64,000 bases of DNA. Origin: Octopus bimaculoides. Its lineage: Eukaryota. The position numbers and the translations under genes were made by a program. The DNA is taken from assembly GCF_001194135.2 (NCBI RefSeq), contig NC_068981.1, positions 54,815,159-54,879,158 of the forward strand, in the 5' to 3' direction. Positions 62,737 to 64,000 of the stretch are shown piece after piece. The notes under the pieces are model-generated. The model was not told the origin of the DNA. It saw nothing but the letters and a program-made list of their open reading frames with translations, and ran no database searches. How positions within the stretch are numbered: the stretch's first letter is position 1; every line of letters begins with the position of its first letter.

Positions 62737-64000
62737 TCTTGGGACAATCAGTAGCCAGGTCACCTTGGTGTGGAAGCAGCAGAGTCGGTTTAATCACAAT
62801 TGTGAGGGCATTCTTCACAGGTTAGCCAACGAAGTGTGGCGCCTCCAGATCTCCAGCTACACGGAGCTGGTCAAGATTGCGTGCTAAAGGGTTCAGTCTC
62901 TCGTTAACACTACAAAACGATAGAAAACAACTGTACACCACAACAGTGCTGGTTATGTTATAATGCCTTAATGTGGAGAAAGGGGCTGCGTTCAAAGCCT
63001 TCACAAACTTTCCAAGACCAATGAAGATGCAGTTAATATTTCTCTTGAGTCATTTCAAATAGATGGCCAAAGTTAAAACAGGGACGGAGATGAAAATCGA
63101 CAGGCTCGATGTTCTGGGAAGCAAAATCTATTTGTTGTTAGTGCGTGACTTGGGGGGAAAAATATAAATGAAGTATGATGAGCGAGTCGAGAGTGCTTGA
63201 GTGGTGGTAGCACGAGACTAGTAAGCTCCGGAGAGAAAAGGTCATTATATATAGTAGGGATAGAAAAAGGGCAGAGAGAGATAAAGAGAGTAAAACAGTA
63301 GGTCTGTGGGCTAGAAAATCTCTTGACAGACTCCATAACTGATTCTAATCACGTAAGTGAGCTGAAAATTTATCCGATGAATTCCCTTTTCTGGCGTTTT
63401 ACCCTGAACACTCATAATCTTGAAACAACACTCAAAAACTTGCGCTCACTCTAAAAATACTCACCAAAAGCCTAATGGTGCACTACGAGGGTTCCGATAG
63501 TAGATTTGATAATCTTCATGCAAAATTTCATGCTCGAATTTGCTTGCAATTGTAAAAAATAACAGAAAAATTCTTACACAACTTTAGAAAACCTTGTGTA
63601 ATAACTGAGTACGAGTGGATAGCGCGAAGCAACTTATTTGTAGACTTTATTTGCATGTGTGTGTGTGTGTCTGCGTGTCTGCGCGCATGTGCCTGCACGT
63701 ATTTTTTCAAGATGAAGGAGAAGCACGCGTGCCTTTCTAATTATGTGTTCTTTATGCCTATGTATGGAACATACGCAGACAACTATCATAAACACGTATA
63801 TATAAGACATGTGCACACATAGATTTAGACAAACAGGCACGTTTGCATGCGCTGAGAGTTTGAGCGTGCACGCGCACATGTATGTATGTTTCTATTAAAA
63901 TATGAATGTTGTCTTTGTGTGTACTTTACAATTACGTAAATATACAAGCGCGATTATATATTCACACCATATATGATCGTGTATGTATCTGTGTGTGTGT

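Noticed and set aside
62740-63340. Possible gag/zinc-knuckle (+ strand) or protease-RT linker (- strand) remnants
   Set aside because: Only faint, conflicting motif resemblances on opposite strands; cannot be assigned without a profile search.

Overview
Eukaryotic, AT-rich, microsatellite- and TE-dense genomic DNA with several N-gaps. The repeat families suggest an octopus (coleoid cephalopod); this is an inference from repeat sequences only. The window holds the 3' two-thirds of one + strand gene, a TR2/TR4-type orphan nuclear receptor (NR2C family, Hr78-like). Eight coding exons between 19891 and 51172 splice in frame via canonical GT-AG sites into about 446 aa, covering the T-box/hinge and the whole ligand-binding domain. 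The zinc-finger DBD exons are not visible; they lie upstream or inside the 100-N gap at 5956-6055. Introns and flanks contain remnants of RTE, CR1/Jockey-like, R4/Dong-like and Hero-like LINEs, a Penelope-like element, a Ty3/Gypsy element, Tigger, piggyBac and hAT DNA transposons, and three tRNA-derived SINE families. Most notable: (1) an intact-core type I hammerhead ribozyme on the sense strand at 7076-7118; (2) a second hammerhead next to a tRNA-like head at a Penelope GIY-YIG 3' end; (3) a candidate 27-nt in-frame microexon; (4) several long intronic fold-backs; (5) SINE/LINE tail sharing and SINE-LINE chimeras. No prokaryotic-type features such as CRISPR arrays or operons are supported.
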